A stretch of 64,000 bases of DNA. Source: Dehalococcoidia bacterium (GTDB lineage: Bacteria > Chloroflexota > Dehalococcoidia > Lucifugimonadales > UBA2985). Both the position numbers and the translations under genes were made by a program. Location: assembly GCA_965247535.1 (NCBI GenBank), contig OZ252018.1:1909540-1973539 (forward strand). The letters are read 5' to 3'. Below are positions 62,695 through 64,000 of this stretch, one piece after another. Numbering within the stretch: position 1 is the first letter of the stretch; the number at the start of each line of letters is the position of its first letter. Under the pieces are notes generated by a model. It did no database searches, was not told the origin of the DNA, and saw only the letters and a program-made list of their open reading frames with translations.

Positions 62695-64000
62695 ATGAAC
62701 GTCACGGACACAATCGCAAGTATCCTGAAGTCGGAGGGCGTGGAGTGGATATCCTGCTTCCCCTCCAACCCTCTCATAGAGGCCGTGGCCAAGGAGGGCA
62801 TCCGCCCCATATCCTTCCGGCACGAACGCGGGGCCGTGATGGCCGCCGACGGCTTCAGCAGGATGAACGACCGCCGGCGGTTCGGCGTGGTGGTCGTTCA
62901 GGACCAGGCCGGCGCCGAGAACGCAATGGGCGGCGTCAGCCAGGCCTTCGCCGACAACGTACCCATCCTCGTGCTGCCTCGCGGGTCCGGGCTCGAGCGC
63001 ACCGCAGTCCGGCCCTACTTCTCCGCGCACAGGACATACGAGACCATCTCCAAGCATTGCGAGGTAATCACGCGGCCGGACATGGTGGGCGCCGTCATGC
63101 GCAGGGCCTTCCACGCTCTGCGGAACGGCCGCCCCGGCCCGGTGGTGGTCGAGATGCCCGCGGACGTGTGCGAGCAAGAGGTGCCGCCGGACAGCGCGCC
63201 GTACCACTCACCCGGCGTCTACGTTCAGTCGCCGTCCCCGTCAGACGTCAAGGATGCAGTTGGGGCGCTACTCGACGCTGCACGCCCCGTGATCTGGGCC
63301 GGCATGGGCGTTCTGCTCGGCGGAGCCACGGCTGAGCTGCGGGAGTTCGCAGAGCTCACCGAGATTCCCGTATATACAACCATGCCCGGCAAGTCCGCCT
63401 TCGACGAGCGCCACCCCCTGGCACTGGGCGGCGGCAGCGGTTCCACCACACGCGCCGCCAGGCAGTGGCTCCAGGAGTCGGACACGCTCTTCGCCATTGG
63501 CTCCAGCATGACCAGGACGGGCTACGGACAGCCGATTCCGCCCGGCAAGACCATCATTCACAGCGTCGGCAGCATTGAGGACATCAACAAGGATTTCCCG
63601 GTGGACATAGCACTGCCGGGCGACGCCAGGGTCACGCTGCAGACAATGATCGAGGAGGTGAAGTCGCGGCTGGGTGAGCACGGTCGGCGGGGCGAGACCA
63701 GCGCGCCTGCGCAGATCGCCACCGTGAAGGAGGAGTGGCTGCAGGCGTGGATGCCCGTCCTCACCGACGACGAGGAGCCGATCAACCCCTACAGGGTGAT
63801 CTGGGAGCTGAACCGGAACCTGGACCTGGAGAACAGCGTCGTCACCCACGACGCCGGATCGCCGCGGGACATGATGGTGCCGTTCCTCACGGCCACGGCA
63901 CCCCATACCTACATAGGCTGGGGCAAGTCAACTCACCTGGGCTACGGCATACCGCTGATGATAGGCGTGAAGATGGCCTACCCGGACCGATTCTGCCTGA
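62695..64000 (+). CDS. Thiamine-diphosphate-dependent enzyme (acetolactate-synthase-like family), N-terminal ~435 aa; 3' end beyond right edge
   Basis: Open frame from ATG 62695 (AGGGGG SD; TATAAT at 62647-62652) to the window end. It is not in the ORF track because there is no stop. VTDTIASILKSEGVEWISCFPSNPLIEA...FRHERGAVMAADGFSR...GAENAMGGVSQAFADNVPILVL...HDAGSPRDMM. Confidence 0.85.
   Translation, partial: MNVTDTIASILKSEGVEWISCFPSNPLIEAVAKEGIRPISFRHERGAVMAADGFSRMNDRRRFGVVVVQDQAGAENAMGGVSQAFADNVPILVLPRGSGLERTAVRPYFSAHRTYETISKHCEVITRPDMVGAVMRRAFHALRNGRPGPVVVEMPADVCEQEVPPDSAPYHSPGVYVQSPSPSDVKDAVGALLDAARPVIWAGMGVLLGGATAELREFAELTEIPVYTTMPGKSAFDERHPLALGGGSGSTTRAARQWLQESDTLFAIGSSMTRTGYGQPIPPGKTIIHSVGSIEDINKDFPVDIALPGDARVTLQTMIEEVKSRLGEHGRRGETSAPAQIATVKEEWLQAWMPVLTDDEEPINPYRVIWELNRNLDLENSVVTHDAGSPRDMMVPFLTATAPHTYIGWGKSTHLGYGIPLMIGVKMAYPDRFCL

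Noticed and set aside
1-64000. Scan for CRISPR arrays, transposases, integrases, prophage or defence islands
   Set aside because: No spaced direct-repeat arrays, no DDE/tyrosine/serine recombinase-like ORFs, and no recognisable defence genes. The only toxin-antitoxin-type gene is an orphan HigA.

Overview
This is a 64-kb, high-GC, gene-dense bacterial chromosomal segment with short intergenic gaps and many ATGA/GTGA start-stop overlaps. The gene content suggests a Chloroflexota- or Actinomycetota-like organism, but that is inference only: FtsH, TilS, FolC, Pcm, a UbiA/UbiX/UbiE quinone module, a DUF3090 plus SCO1664-type pair, and very long FtsX permeases.

I support about 55 protein-coding genes, one tRNA-Leu(CAG), several sigma70-like promoters, one strong hairpin terminator and one palindromic repeat element. 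I saw no rRNA, CRISPR array, transposase, integrase or prophage genes.

Main blocks, left to right:
- folC, an SDR, tenA, ubiE, ubiX, ubiA and pcm.
- A GH15 hydrolase.
- A five-gene Liv-type amino-acid ABC operon.
- A phosphatase / ADP-ribosylglycohydrolase / DUF1801 operon.
- degV, an NCS2 permease, an MMPL exporter and tRNA-Leu.
- ftsH and an N-terminally extended GreA.
- DUF3090, an SCO1664-like kinase-fold protein and HigA.
- CNNM and tilS.
- NAD salvage genes (pncA plus a NAPRT-like gene).
- A Fe(III) ABC operon divergent from a DtxR-family regulator.
- A binding protein plus histidine kinase pair.
- ppx followed by two thymidylate-kinase-like paralogs.
- chrA.
- An 8.5-kb block of two ~1100-aa double-FtsX permeases and two ATPases.
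- A partial ThDP-dependent enzyme at the right edge.

Three genes look decayed: a GPP34/P450 chimera, a Rieske oxygenase with an in-frame TGA, and a secreted repeat protein with two frameshifts.

Nothing here is clearly a new system from sequence alone. The best candidates for uncharacterised biology are the giant FtsX/ATPase module, the ppx-tmkL-tmkL operon, the phosphatase-ARH-DUF1801 operon and the DUF3090/SCO1664/HigA trio. All family calls come from motif recognition by eye; no database search was possible.
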